From the NCBI GenBank assembly GCA_965243025.1, contig CBDETY010000003.1:960001-1024000 (forward strand): a stretch of DNA of 64,000 bases. The letters run 5' to 3'. This stretch comes from Candidatus Latescibacterota bacterium (GTDB taxonomy: Bacteria > Latescibacterota > UBA2968 > UBA8231). Of the stretch, positions 40,805 to 51,852 are shown piece after piece. Under the pieces are notes generated by a model. The model did no database searches. It saw only the letters and a list, made by a program, of their open reading frames with translations, and was not told where the DNA came from. The position numbers and the translations under genes were made by a program. How positions within the stretch are numbered: position 1 is the first letter of the stretch; each line of letters begins with the position of its first letter.

Positions 40805-43800
40805 CTACCTCAGCAGGGTGAGCTTGCGCGTCTGAACGTTCTCGTTTGTAACCAGCCGGTAGAGATAGACCCCGCTGGCAAGGGGGCGACCCCGGTCGTC
40901 GCGGCCATTCCAGTGCACGCGGTGGACGCCGGCCTTCTTCGGGCCCTGATGCAAGACCGCCACCCGCTGCCCGGTCAGGGCAAACACCTCCACCCGTGCC
41001 GTTCCCGGCCGCAGCAGAAACCAGGAAATCACGGTCTGGCTGTTGAACGGATTGGGGGCGTTCTGCTGCAGCTGGGGGCCGTCGGGCAGTCCGATCCTCT
41101 CCCGGGCCAGGGCCAGGAGCTTGCCGCGGGCAGGATCTTCGAAGTAGTCGGCCAGGAGGAAAAAGTCGGCGAAGTCGACGCTGCCGCTGCCGTCGAGGTC
41201 GAAGCGGGGGTCACTGCTTCCGAAGGCGTCTGCGAAGAGGAAGAAGTCGGAGAAACCGGTCTCGCCGTCTCCGTCGAAGTCGGGGGAGGCCTTGGTGGTA
41301 GCGGTGAAAGTCACCGGCTCGATGCCGGCCACAGTCGCCACCACAGTTACCGTCTCCGGTTCGCTCCCCAAGGTCAGGGTGGTGACGGCACGGCCATCGA
41401 CATCGGTGGTGACGGTGGCTGCCGACAGGGTTCCATCTCCAGAGGTGATTTCGAAAGTGACGGTTGCCCCGGGATACCCCGCCCCGTTCTGATCGAGCAC
41501 CGAGACAACGAACGGACCTGCCAACGCGGCCCCAACCGAACCCTGCTGATTGTTTCCAGAGATCCTGGTCAAGGTCGTAGGAATCGCCAGTCCGGTGACG
41601 CTGAAGATCACCGGGGTCAGGTCACCGACCTTTGCGATGACGGTGTTTCTCCCGGGATCGCTGCCCAGGGTCAGGGTGGTGGCCGCGTGACCGTTGGCAT
41701 CGGTGGTGGCGGTGGTTGCAGACAGCGTCCCCCCGCCAGCGGTGACCGCGAAAGTGACCGTGGCTCCGGCCATGAGGTCCCCGTTCTGGTCCCTTACAAG
41801 GACGACAAGCGGTTTCGCCAACGAGCCGGCCGGCACTTGTTGCTCGAGCCCGGAGACCTTGGTCAGGGTTTGGGGATGAGGTTGCAGAAGCGACAAATCC
41901 CACAGCAGCATGGTGCCGTCCCTCGCCCCGGAGACCAAGGTGGCCCCGTCACGCGTGAACGCCAGGCTGTGAACCGAACCCGTATGTCCTGTCAAGGTGG
42001 CGGACCTTGTCTTCGTCCCCACGTCCCAAAGGGTGACCGGGCCCCTGGATCCCGAAACCAGGCTCTTGCCATCGGGCGAGAATGCCACCGAATACACCGT
42101 ATTCCCCTGCTGCAGAGTGGTGCTGGAGGTTCGGGTCGCCACGTCCCACAGCCGGACCCCGTCTGAACCCGAGGCGAGGGTCTTCCCATCCGGGGAAAAG
42201 GCGACGGTGTTGACCTCCCACTCGTGCCCTTCCAGGGTGCCGATCAACTCCCGATTGCCCACGTCCCAGAGCTTCACCGTCTTGTCTTCAGATCCCCCTC
42301 CCGAGGCCAGGAGGGCGCCGTCGGGTCGAGAGAACGCCACCGATTCGACCGACTTCGTATGTCCTTCGAGGATGCCGGTCTCTCGCCGAGTCGCCACGTC
42401 CCAGAGTCTGACCGTGCCATCATCCCACCCTCCGGCCGAAGCCAGGGTGGCGCCGTCGGGGGAGAACGACATCGAAGTGACTCCACCCCTGTGCCCTTCC
42501 AGGGTCTCCACCAGGGTTCCGGTCCCCACGTCCCACAGCTTGACCGTGGCATCCCACGACCCGGAAGCCAGGAGGGCGCCCTCGGCAAAAAACGACAGGG
42601 AAGTGACCCGGATCTCATGCCCCTCAAGGGGGGCCAACCGTGTCCGCGTCGCCGCATCCCACAGCCTGACCTTGCCCTCCTCGGACCCGGAAGCCAGCAA
42701 AGAACCGTCCGGCGAGAGCGTCATGGACAACATGGACCCGTGACCCGAGAGCCCGGCGGCATTGCCCGTCTCCACGTCCCGCAGCAGCACCGTGCCGTCG
42801 GCAGCGGCCGATACGAGGGTGGCCCCATCGCGAGAAAACGTCACCGAATGGACCGGACCCTCATGCTCTTCCAGGGTGGCCATCTCCTCGTGTGCAGACA
42901 CGTCCCACAGCCGGACCGTGCGGTCATTCGAGCCGGAAGCCAGGGTGGCTCCGTCGGGCCAAGAGAACGAAACCGACCGCACCTCCCTGTCATGGCCCCT
43001 CAGCGTGGCGACCTCTGCCTGGGTAGCAGCGTCCCACAGCCGGACCGTGGGATCCTCCCTCCCCCCGGCCGAAGCCAGGAGGCTTCCGTCGGGCGAGTAC
43101 GACACCGAAATGACCCAATGGGTATGCCCTTCCAGCGTGACCACCTCCGTTTGACTCGCCACGTCCCATAGCCGGACCGTGCCGTCCTGAAACCCCGCTG
43201 CAAGCCTGCTCCCGTCCGGAGAGAACGCCACCGACTGACCAGCACCAGACCAGTGGACGTCTGTGGGCACCTTCCAGGTGCCGGCCAAACCTCTGGTCTC
43301 TACATTCCACAGCTTGATTTCCTGCCTCCAACGGGAAGCCAGTCTCGTCCCGTCCGGAGAGAAGGCTACCGTAAGCCCGCTCCAGCCCCCATGCCTGAGC
43401 GTGCCGATCCGCTCCCCGGTCTCCACCTCCCACAGCTCGACTTGGCCATTGTCCAGTCCCGCGGCCAGGGTGCCCTGGAGTGAAAACGACACCGAATGGA
43501 CCGGTCTTTCCGTCGCCAGCAGCGCCAGAGCACGGGACGTGGCCGCCTCGTACAGCCACACGCCGATGGCGCTGGCCACAGCCAGACAGCGGCCGTCCGG
43601 GGAAAGGGCCACCGCCCGGTCTCCTTCACCGATAACCCCCTTTCCCAGGCGCGCGGCCGCCGTTTCGGGCAGATGCCAGGTCCGGTAGTCCCCTCCCAAC
43701 TCCGCCACGGCGGTGCCTACGCCGTCCGCGGCAAACCTCGCCAGCTCGCGCCCGCCGAGGGACACGCCCACGATGTTCCGCCCCGGTTGGGGACCCAGGG

Positions 43801-46051
43801 TAAAGATCAGCTCGGCCCGGCCGCTGGCATCGGTCGTGGTGTGCTCCACCATGAACTGGCCGCTGAGGCTGCCGTCGCCGTCGGTGACCGTAAAGGTTAC
43901 GGCGGTATCGGGGAGGGGATCGCCGTACTGATCCCGCACTTCCACCACCAGGGGACCGGGCAGGGCAACGCCTGGCGCACCCTGCTGGCCGTCGCCAGAG
44001 ATGATTTCCAGCGCGAAGGGGCGGGGTCCCGTCCACTCGGACAGGTCCCACAGGGTGATCGTGCCGAAAGACAACGACCCGGCCGCGAGCATGGCGCCGT
44101 CGGGGGAAAACGCCAGCTTCGTACTGTGAAATGCATCTGGCAGAGTGGCGATCTGTTTTCCCGTCCCCGTTTCCCATAGTGTGATTAAGCCTGAATGGAT
44201 AGCCAGGAGGGACCCGTCTGGTGAATACTCCACCCTGAAGCCCTCGAAAGTTGCGATCGGTTTTCGGATCTCCAGGTCCCACAGCGTGACCTGCTCATCC
44301 GGCCACGATCCCCAGGCCAGGGTTTTTCCATCGGGAGAAAACGCCAGGTCTTCAATCGCCCCCCGCGTACGCTCAACCGTGGTTACTTCCACTCGGCCCT
44401 CCACGTCCCACAGCCGGACCGTGGCAACTTCATCCTGCCAGGAGTCGCCGGATCCAGAGGCAAGCAGGGCGCCATCGGGGGAAAACGCCACCGCATTGAC
44501 TTGAGCCGCATGTCCTTCCAGGGTGGCGATCTCCCTTTGGCTCTCCAGGTCCCACAGCCTGACCGTGCGATCGTAGGCACCGGACGCCAAGAGTGCGCCG
44601 TCGGGGGAAAACGCCACGGATCGGACTCCTTCCGTATGTCCTTCAAGGGTGCCGATCAATTCTCGTTTCTGTACATCCCACAGGGTGATCTCCCAACCCC
44701 GGGTGGAGGCGAGCCGGGCTCCGTCTGGCGAAAAAGCAATCGCATGTGCTCCCCCTGCGCTTTCCAGAGTCCCGACCCGTTCCCGGGTGCTCACGTCCCA
44801 CAGTATGAATGAACCAAACCCCCACGGCCCGGCGGCCAGGATGGGTTGGACGGGCGAAAACGCCACCGATCCGATGTGTTCCGCATCTCCCCTCAGGACG
44901 GCGATCTCGTAGGGAGAGCTTTCGGTAAGGAAGGAATTCGTCTCGCTCACGTTCCCGTCCGCATCGACGGCGACAATAAAAAGATGATGCTTGGGTTGGT
45001 CGGAAAGGTTCCTGAAGCCGCCTTCCCGAAAGCTGCCGTCGAAATTGAACTCAACGACGGCTTCCCTCTTGCCCGCCAATCCACGACACGGCTTCGCGTT
45101 GCCGATCAGCATTACCTGGTGGAGCTCCTCCGAATCGCTGACCCGGAGTTGAACCGGGACGCTTGTGATGCCTGGTTGATATCTCGTGGAGGAAGTGATC
45201 TCGACGGTTGGGGGCTGTCCTTCTTCAGTTGGGATAGCCGGATTGAAGTACGAATGCGCCGACAGGAATTCGGCAGCGCACGCGGACAATTGACTCTCTC
45301 CAGGACCATACGACATGATGAACCGGTTGTCCCTGAAATCGTGGTACAGCCCGAAGGTATGTCCCAGTTCATGTGCCACCGTGAAGAAGTTGAACCGGTC
45401 CGGCACCACCAGGGCGCCGCCGTTTTTCGTCCGCCGCCACCCGACCCCGAAGGCAGGTTGGCCATTTCCCTGACGAAGCGCATCGGTACCGAGGACGATG
45501 AAGTAGATGTTGGCATCGAGATCGAAGGTCTGTTCGAGCTCGGCAACCACCGCGGTACCAAGGGTGTTATCGTAGTGGCTGAAGGGATGCTGTCCATCGA
45601 CGCGAAGCACCAGCGGCTCGCCCTGGGCGTCGGTCTCGTAGCGGAAGGTCCAGTTGCCGTAGCCGTGCGCCTCCATCTGCTCGCGATAGAAGGCCTGACT
45701 CTCTTTTATCACCGTCTTCATCGAAATCGACACCTGGGCTCGGTACGGCCAGTCGCTCGGCAGAAAGTAGATCATTCGGACCGTACGGGGTTCGCCCACG
45801 TTCAGATTCGACAGGGGCTTGGCGACAGGGCGGGGATGATCACGCCGCCACTGCCCGTTGTTGTCGAATGCGCAGAAATGCACACTGTGGGCTGGTGGGG
45901 AAGAAGCATGGGCGACGGCCAGCGGAGAGACAACGAGACTGAGGAGCCTTGGCAGAACAGCATGACGAAAGGAGGATCTCACGTCACCGGCCTTCTGTAA
46001 TTTCGAATCGGGCCTGATTCTGCAGTGTGGAATCGCTTTGTCCTGAATCAA
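40805..46051 (-). CDS. Secreted metzincin-type peptidase with WD40 propellers, Big-1 Ig domains, EF-hand pair and FlgD-Ig
   Basis: HELGHTFGLYH plus an FIMSY Met-turn, many GH...FSPDG...WD repeats, SGDGQQG Ig repeats and QNAPNPFNS. Start position uncertain. Confidence 0.9.
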   Translation of the reverse strand: MIQDKAIPHCRIRPDSKLQKAGDVRSSFRHAVLPRLLSLVVSPLAVAHASSPPAHSVHFCAFDNNGQWRRDHPRPVAKPLSNLNVGEPRTVRMIYFLPSDWPYRAQVSISMKTVIKESQAFYREQMEAHGYGNWTFRYETDAQGEPLVLRVDGQHPFSHYDNTLGTAVVAELEQTFDLDANIYFIVLGTDALRQGNGQPAFGVGWRRTKNGGALVVPDRFNFFTVAHELGHTFGLYHDFRDNRFIMSYGPGESQLSACAAEFLSAHSYFNPAIPTEEGQPPTVEITSSTRYQPGITSVPVQLRVSDSEELHQVMLIGNAKPCRGLAGKREAVVEFNFDGSFREGGFRNLSDQPKHHLFIVAVDADGNVSETNSFLTESSPYEIAVLRGDAEHIGSVAFSPVQPILAAGPWGFGSFILWDVSTRERVGTLESAGGAHAIAFSPDGARLASTRGWEITLWDVQKRELIGTLEGHTEGVRSVAFSPDGALLASGAYDRTVRLWDLESQREIATLEGHAAQVNAVAFSPDGALLASGSGDSWQDEVATVRLWDVEGRVEVTTVERTRGAIEDLAFSPDGKTLAWGSWPDEQVTLWDLEIRKPIATFEGFRVEYSPDGSLLAIHSGLITLWETGTGKQIATLPDAFHSTKLAFSPDGAMLAAGSLSFGTITLWDLSEWTGPRPFALEIISGDGQQGAPGVALPGPLVVEVRDQYGDPLPDTAVTFTVTDGDGSLSGQFMVEHTTTDASGRAELIFTLGPQPGRNIVGVSLGGRELARFAADGVGTAVAELGGDYRTWHLPETAAARLGKGVIGEGDRAVALSPDGRCLAVASAIGVWLYEAATSRALALLATERPVHSVSFSLQGTLAAGLDNGQVELWEVETGERIGTLRHGGWSGLTVAFSPDGTRLASRWRQEIKLWNVETRGLAGTWKVPTDVHWSGAGQSVAFSPDGSRLAAGFQDGTVRLWDVASQTEVVTLEGHTHWVISVSYSPDGSLLASAGGREDPTVRLWDAATQAEVATLRGHDREVRSVSFSWPDGATLASGSNDRTVRLWDVSAHEEMATLEEHEGPVHSVTFSRDGATLVSAAADGTVLLRDVETGNAAGLSGHGSMLSMTLSPDGSLLASGSEEGKVRLWDAATRTRLAPLEGHEIRVTSLSFFAEGALLASGSWDATVKLWDVGTGTLVETLEGHRGGVTSMSFSPDGATLASAGGWDDGTVRLWDVATRRETGILEGHTKSVESVAFSRPDGALLASGGGSEDKTVKLWDVGNRELIGTLEGHEWEVNTVAFSPDGKTLASGSDGVRLWDVATRTSSTTLQQGNTVYSVAFSPDGKSLVSGSRGPVTLWDVGTKTRSATLTGHTGSVHSLAFTRDGATLVSGARDGTMLLWDLSLLQPHPQTLTKVSGLEQQVPAGSLAKPLVVLVRDQNGDLMAGATVTFAVTAGGGTLSATTATTDANGHAATTLTLGSDPGRNTVIAKVGDLTPVIFSVTGLAIPTTLTRISGNNQQGSVGAALAGPFVVSVLDQNGAGYPGATVTFEITSGDGTLSAATVTTDVDGRAVTTLTLGSEPETVTVVATVAGIEPVTFTATTKASPDFDGDGETGFSDFFLFADAFGSSDPRFDLDGSGSVDFADFFLLADYFEDPARGKLLALARERIGLPDGPQLQQNAPNPFNSQTVISWFLLRPGTARVEVFALTGQRVAVLHQGPKKAGVHRVHWNGRDDRGRPLASGVYLYRLVTNENVQTRKLTLLR

Positions 46052-46278
46052 AATTGATAAGTTAAGCCCAAAGCGGACAGTGAATGTCCTCTTGTCCTTC
46101 CCCCGAAAAAAGATGGTGTGGTATGGAGTTAGAGTTAGCCTTCAGGATCCAGGAGCGAATTCACTGAAATCTGGAATAACCATGGTGAACCTGGCGATTA
46201 CGGAAGGGGCGTCGAGGTTCCGGCTGTGCCCAACTACGAGGCTGACGCCGCTATAGAGAAGAGAAAACCGAGAGAAGG

Positions 46279-46825
46279 ACATCAGATCCTTCCTGTTTAG
46301 CCGGGGGGATGGGGATGTCGACTGGCTGGCCATTTCACATGATCGCCTGCTGACCCGAGAAACCTGCCAGATTGGCACCCTGGATCGAGATCGGTGCGAG
46401 CATCAGTTCTGTGTGTGCAGGCTGCCGCTGGGGGTGACCAGAGATCATTCCGTTTGGTCGGCAAGTTGCCAAGAAGGATAGCCCACTGGTGAAGGCGTCT
46501 TTTCTGCGCAGGACGGCAGGCATCGAACAGCGGGATGTCGCCTTGTTGACCATTCGAGAAGATTCGCCGCTTCCATCCAGGTGGGGATGATCCGGGTTCA
46601 GCCGGCGATGGGACCGGAGGCAACGAGCAGCGGCATATCGTGGCGTTCTCAAAGTCAGGCAGTCTGGACCCGGCGATCTATCTGGACTCGCAGGTACCTC
46701 TCCTGAAGTCGGCACCGTGGATGGGGAAAGCCCCGGCTTCTGATCGAGGAGGGAATCGGGACATCTGCCTGATCTCCATGGGGAGAGGAGGAATCATTTC
46801 GTTTGGTCGAAAAGATGGCAAGCAG
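46279..46825. repeat. Second copy of the mosaic dispersed repeat
   Basis: Shares blocks with 38320-38846, interrupted by different intervening sequence. Confidence 0.75.
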
Positions 46826-47045
46826 AATGACTGAGGATTCCTCGGGTGCAGGCTGAGCTTACGCGCAAGAAGTCGACACCCTGGTAGGTAGCGATCAGCT
46901 CCTCTTCATGGACAAGCTCCAACTCTTCCAGCGGAACCCGTTTCAGACCTGGAAGTATCTCCCGAACCGCGCGCAGCCCATGGCGGCGGGAGTATTGCAG
47001 GTCGATCAGCGTATCATCGAGATCGAAAAGAACCGCCGTGCTCAT
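46794..47045 (-). pseudogene. Truncated HAD-family hydrolase
   Basis: AAGGAAGGA RBS and MSTAVLFDLDDTLID (HAD motif I). Similarity appears lost after ~55 aa, where it meets the repeat. Confidence 0.7.
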
Positions 47046-47655
47046 CCATTCCTTCCTTCCCGGGGTGCATATACGTGCTGCTGTCGATCACTCCATGCTT
47101 CCAAAACCACCCCTGCCTGAGCCTTGGCTATGTCATTGGCTGAATCTGCGTACGCGGTGGTACTCAGAAGTAACAGGGCAATTTCGGGGATTGTAAATTT
47201 CATCGGTTTGGATTCTTGAACCCCCTTTTGAAGTGATCCGACTCAGGATGGTCGGTACAGGGTTTCCGTCTCCGCGCGCTCATTGCAGGATCGTAAATCT
47301 TGTGGACTTGATCGAAAGACCTGGGCTGCTTTTCGCCGCTTCGATGACCTGCGGCAGAGTGAGTTCACCGTAACGACGTCCCGGACCCTCGCGGCCAGGG
47401 GCTTAAAGCTCGAACCGGTCCGGAACACCGACTGTTTCATGCATTGCCCTGCTTACTTGACGAGGCCTGCAACCGATACAGATACACTCCGCTGGCGATC
47501 CGCTGGCCGCGCTGGTCGCGGCCCTCCCATCACCTATGTCCTTTATGATCTTCTTCGTCTCCCCCCGGCTGCAATAAACACGGCTACGGCAATCAGGGAT
47601 GCCTGAATCCGAAGTGAAGATGGCCCTGAGAGGTAGGGACGGTAGGCAATGGTCA

Positions 47656-48336
47656 TCAACTGGATGAGAACCCCTCGTCCCCCGAATTGCTCTCTCCGGC
47701 GCTGGACCTGCCCGGATTCTCCGAGACCCCTGGGGGCCTGTCCTCCCGCTTTTCTTCATTCAGGTCTTCCAACAGGCACTCGATACGGGCCAGCTTCTCG
47801 ACGATAGGCTGAAGAGGTCTTGAAACCCGCCTGTCCTCGGCTTCCCGCGCCGCGGCTTGCAGTTGGTTCCGGACTTGATTCGGACGGATTATGCCCGCCA
47901 GGGTTATATCGAATCCATGGTGGTTGCCTCCAAGGGTCGAAAGGCCCACGTCGCCGTAGTCCAGGATTCGGCCCAACATGCTCTGGTCCAGGTGCACATA
48001 CCGGATGTGTTCCGTGTCGACTCGGTTGATGTGTTGGGCGATGATTCCATGGCATTCCTCGACCTGGTCGTCGGTGATCGAATAGCTGGTTCCTACGGTG
48101 TGGTAGAGAAGTACCGCCATTTGCAAGATCGCGCCGGCCAGAAAGGCGAAATAGGCGAAGACGACAATATCCGGCCTCCAGGCTCCCAGAAGCCGGTCCA
48201 GAAAGTCAAACTCAGGATGCCAGCGGTACGTCCCATAAGCCAGGACGGCCAAAATCAAAACGATAACCAGTGAACTGAGCTCTGACCGCAAGGAAGGCCG
48301 AAAGAACACCGGCTCACCTGTCTTCGATTCTGGCAT
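47656..48336 (-). CDS. Membrane protein with bacterial PH (bPH_2) domain
   Basis: Two TM helices followed by YSITDDQV...GII...QSMLGRILDYGDV. Confidence 0.8.
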   Translation of the reverse strand: MPESKTGEPVFFRPSLRSELSSLVIVLILAVLAYGTYRWHPEFDFLDRLLGAWRPDIVVFAYFAFLAGAILQMAVLLYHTVGTSYSITDDQVEECHGIIAQHINRVDTEHIRYVHLDQSMLGRILDYGDVGLSTLGGNHHGFDITLAGIIRPNQVRNQLQAAAREAEDRRVSRPLQPIVEKLARIECLLEDLNEEKREDRPPGVSENPGRSSAGESNSGDEGFSSS

Positions 48337-48456
48337 GGCAACTCCCCTTTCGAGTATCCTTGCGGTCCCCGATAGTTGGTTCGGGCTCTTCCTTGCGGAC
48401 CACTCTTTATAACCAAAGAAGCAGACAGCGGAAGATTGCAGGGAAGGATCAATCTG

Positions 48457-50295
48457 CTATCTGAGATAGAGGAGCCGCCTCGTCTGCACCCCTCCCGGGT
48501 ATTGCAGGCGGGTGATGTACACCCCCGCGGCAACCGTCGAGCCCTGCCGGTCGCGGGCGTCCCAGAGAACCTGGTACACCCCGGCGGCCTGGAACTCATC
48601 CACGAGGGTGCGCACCTGCTGCCCGAGGAGGTTGTAGATCGCCAGCCGCACGGGGGCGGCTTCGGCGAGACGGTAGACGATCTGCGTGGTGCTGTTGAAG
48701 GGGTTGGGGACATTGGGGCTCAGTCCGCTGGCCGATGCTGCTGCCTTGGCCGCGGCCAGCGATTCGACGCCTGCAATCCTCATGCCGCCGCCCAGCGTCA
48801 GTTCCAGGATCTGGCGTTTGTTGCCATTGAGAGGAATGCTGTGCCACTGACCGACGACCTCGCCGTCGGCGTCGCGGGCACGGGCCTGATAGAAACCACT
48901 CACCTGCCTCCCGCCGTAAATAGTCAGGGACGCCTGGCCGTCAGCATCGGTGGTCGCCTTCCAGGCAAAATGGCGGGAACGACCGGCGATGGCGCGGGAA
49001 AACTCGACGGTCAACCCCTCGACGGCGTCGCCCAGGACCGTGACCTCCACTTCCGTGCGGGGACCATCCGCGACAACTTCGGGTGCTCCGGGTTCATTCC
49101 CGTAAAAACCCGACCCGACGATGAGGTTGAGTGTCAATGCGGTTCCGTCAGGCCTCCCGACGGTAGCCGTGAACTGGCGGGCGTAGCCCACCTTGGGGAT
49201 ATCGGCGCTGTCGGTGTCGTCCGTGGGATCGTCGAAGTAATACTCCAGGAAGCCGCCTTCCGGGCTGCTTATCGCGGCGTCGATGACCTGAGGCAAAATG
49301 AGCCATCCGGTCCTGACATCTCGGACGGTCGCCACCAGAGGTCGCCACTCGAATCTGTCTGGAAACGCGCCGTGAAACAGGATGGTGTTGCTGGTAAGAT
49401 CCAGGACGTAGAGGTACACGGGACCGTGTCGCCAGGGCCCGTTCGGATCGCGCAAGGCGATCCTCGCTTTCGAGATAACCGCTGGATCGGTGGCCGTCTC
49501 CAGGAGTGGGACAAACCACTCCCCCGCTTGAGTGACGAAGGCCTTCAAGGTTTCGCGATCTACCACATCCCTGGCAGAAATGGCCGGGTTGCCGTAATCG
49601 AGTGCTTCATCGCTAATGGGAATCAGGTGGGACTCACTGAGATCGAATCCGGTGAGCAGCACGATGGGCAGCCCCGAATCGCCCAGTAAAAAAACGGCGG
49701 CATGGCCGGAAGCGCCGGGTATTCCAGATCGCAGGTCTGGAATAGGGGTGGTCGCATCGAATGCGGCATCCGGTTCCTGCGACAAGGTGCCCATGACCGC
49801 GCCGAAAGCCTGGGCCGCGGTGGCAGGATCGGGAGAAACCAGATTCGCCAGATCGGATGGGGAGACGCCCAGCGCAGAAAGGATCTCTGCAAAAACCAAG
49901 GGGTTGAGTAGTCTGCCCGACAATGCCATGGACTTCGCGTGTTCGTACACCCTGCCATCCGGCGTCAGTTGTACGAGGTAGGTGGAACCGGAACGCCAGG
50001 GGCTCCCCTCCTGCCTGACGAGACACTGAAAGTACAGGGCCCCTTCCAGTGTGCTTATCGGGGTCCTGTATCGATCTCTCGCGGCCTCTGCGAAGTCCCT
50101 CAGGGTAGCGCTCCCGTTTTCCACCTGTTGCGCCGTCACATGGGGATCCGCAGGAGGTGTCACGCCAGGAGGAAGTGGACACGTTTCCTGCGTCTGCCCC
50201 AAAGCGGGGCGGGCATGGGAAAAGAAGCCGGACAGCACGAGCAGTCCGACAACAGGAAGTATGTAGGCCAGAGTGAACAGAGTTCGAGCTTTCAT
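48457..50295 (-). CDS. Secreted Cache-like domain protein with FlgD-Ig C-terminus
   Basis: Signal peptide and two related repeats (PWRSGSTYL, PWRHGPVYLYVLD). FHGAFP...GGFLEYYFDDP...KVGYAR resembles a single Cache domain. Ends PNPFNSTT...RRLLYLR. Confidence 0.75.
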   Translation of the reverse strand: MKARTLFTLAYILPVVGLLVLSGFFSHARPALGQTQETCPLPPGVTPPADPHVTAQQVENGSATLRDFAEAARDRYRTPISTLEGALYFQCLVRQEGSPWRSGSTYLVQLTPDGRVYEHAKSMALSGRLLNPLVFAEILSALGVSPSDLANLVSPDPATAAQAFGAVMGTLSQEPDAAFDATTPIPDLRSGIPGASGHAAVFLLGDSGLPIVLLTGFDLSESHLIPISDEALDYGNPAISARDVVDRETLKAFVTQAGEWFVPLLETATDPAVISKARIALRDPNGPWRHGPVYLYVLDLTSNTILFHGAFPDRFEWRPLVATVRDVRTGWLILPQVIDAAISSPEGGFLEYYFDDPTDDTDSADIPKVGYARQFTATVGRPDGTALTLNLIVGSGFYGNEPGAPEVVADGPRTEVEVTVLGDAVEGLTVEFSRAIAGRSRHFAWKATTDADGQASLTIYGGRQVSGFYQARARDADGEVVGQWHSIPLNGNKRQILELTLGGGMRIAGVESLAAAKAAASASGLSPNVPNPFNSTTQIVYRLAEAAPVRLAIYNLLGQQVRTLVDEFQAAGVYQVLWDARDRQGSTVAAGVYITRLQYPGGVQTRRLLYLR

Positions 50296-51039
50296 AAGGA
50301 CGGTTTTCCTTCTCCGAAAAAGACAAGCTCATAAGTGACTACGGATGGTTGTCCGCTTTGTATCTCCGGGCTTCCCAGGCGGACGCTTCCCACCAAACCG
50401 TTCGGGGCTACTTGAGGTAGCAACTGGCCACGAACTTCCCGTAGGTCTCGGCATCGGCAACCGTGCTTTCGGGAGGGTCTTCATTGGGGGTTCCACCAGA
50501 GAATGAGAATGGTTTTCATGTCGGTTCCGGAAACTCGAACCATCTTGTTTTCGGCAGAGATGCGGTTCTGATTTCTCTGATCCCCCGTTTCGCACAGGTA
50601 CGGGGCGGAACCAGGCCCGCTATCTGATTCAGTCCATCGCCAGTGTCCGTAAGCCATTACTATGCGACTGGGCAATCCTTCGAAAGGAACTCACGGGGAT
50701 CTGATCGGTAAGGGGAATAAGTATAGCGGACACGGGCACGATGGGGTTCTCCTCCCTCCGTAAGTGGTTCCCGCCAACCATCCGGGAGCAACCCGTGCCT
50801 ACATGAACCGAGGATGAACTAGTTGGCGCAGTGGGAGGCTGTGTTGTCATTGTCTCATCAAGGGCTGCACATCCCCAACCCGTTGACAACAGGGCCATGG
50901 TTAGGCCCCTACCTACTGTCCATTGCACGATAAAACGCAGCATTCCCCTCGCCATCCTAGAGCGCTTGGGCGCGAACCGGCAGTGGAGGTCTGCTTTAGG
51001 GCGCCGTTAGGCGCCTTCGTTGGGTTCGGGTTTTTTCTT

Positions 51040-51262
51040 GGGCTTGGCCGCTTGGGCCGTAGAATCAGCCGATGCGGGTGGCTGGGGATGCAACCACGGC
51101 GGGCTTCGGTTCTTCCTTCTCCTCAGGTTTCCGGTCATAGTCCCGAACAGCCAATTCCATCAGGGCCATGAAGGCAATTCCGATCAATAGAGACGTTTGA
51201 ATCCATAACCAAGGGTTCACGGTATGCTCCTTTCAGGATACTGGACGGCCATGCACCGCCAA
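51040..51262 (-). repeat. Diverged, internally deleted copy of 22262-22492
   Basis: Near-identical blocks CCAATTCCATCAGGGCCATGAAGGCA and GATCAATAGAGACGTTTGAATCCATAACCAAGGGTTCA. The start codon is ATG in one copy and GTG in the other. Confidence 0.85.
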
Positions 51263-51400
51263 GGCTCGGGTTTTGTTCTCGGCGTCAAAGCGTTCTTCCA
51301 GAGCCGAAACCCTATCGTCGACAGCTTCAACGTCAGTGGGCTTGGCGTAGTCACATCCGGCCAGCCCCGCCAGCAGTACTATCAATATCGTCATCATCAT
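51233..51400 (-). CDS. Small lipoprotein with short coiled coil
   Basis: MMMTILIVLLAGLAGC-DYAKPTDVEAVDDRVSALEERF. Confidence 0.6.
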   Translation of the reverse strand: MMMTILIVLLAGLAGCDYAKPTDVEAVDDRVSALEERFDAENKTRALAVHGRPVS

Positions 51401-51852
51401 TTTAATTTCCCTTTTTTTTTGATTAACATCAACAGGGAAACATTGATGCGTACCCCCAAAGCGTTTCTCTTCAGAAAGGTCTATCTTGGGCTTTATTCCT
51501 TGACCTGACGGCCCTGAGGGAGGAACCTCCTGGCACTCCATCACTGCCCAATCCAGTTACCGCAGTAGAGTGGCTGCGTGTCAGGGTACCTTTTCTGGGA
51601 ACCAAAGCCAGGTCCCCACAAGGGGCAGCTCCCGATACTTTCCCACCGGGTATTCTCATCAACGAAACAGACCATGAAGGTTCCCAGGATACGGGCTGTG
51701 ATATCCTCCATTCTCCTCAAGTGGCAAAGGGGGGTAAGATGATGACGGCTGTTTCATGGCCTCAACTCCCCCTCTTTCCACATGGGCTGTCCGCTGTTGT
51801 GGTGTGCCTGATTCGGACCTGCGCAAAATGGCACAGGTCGCAGGAAGGCAAC

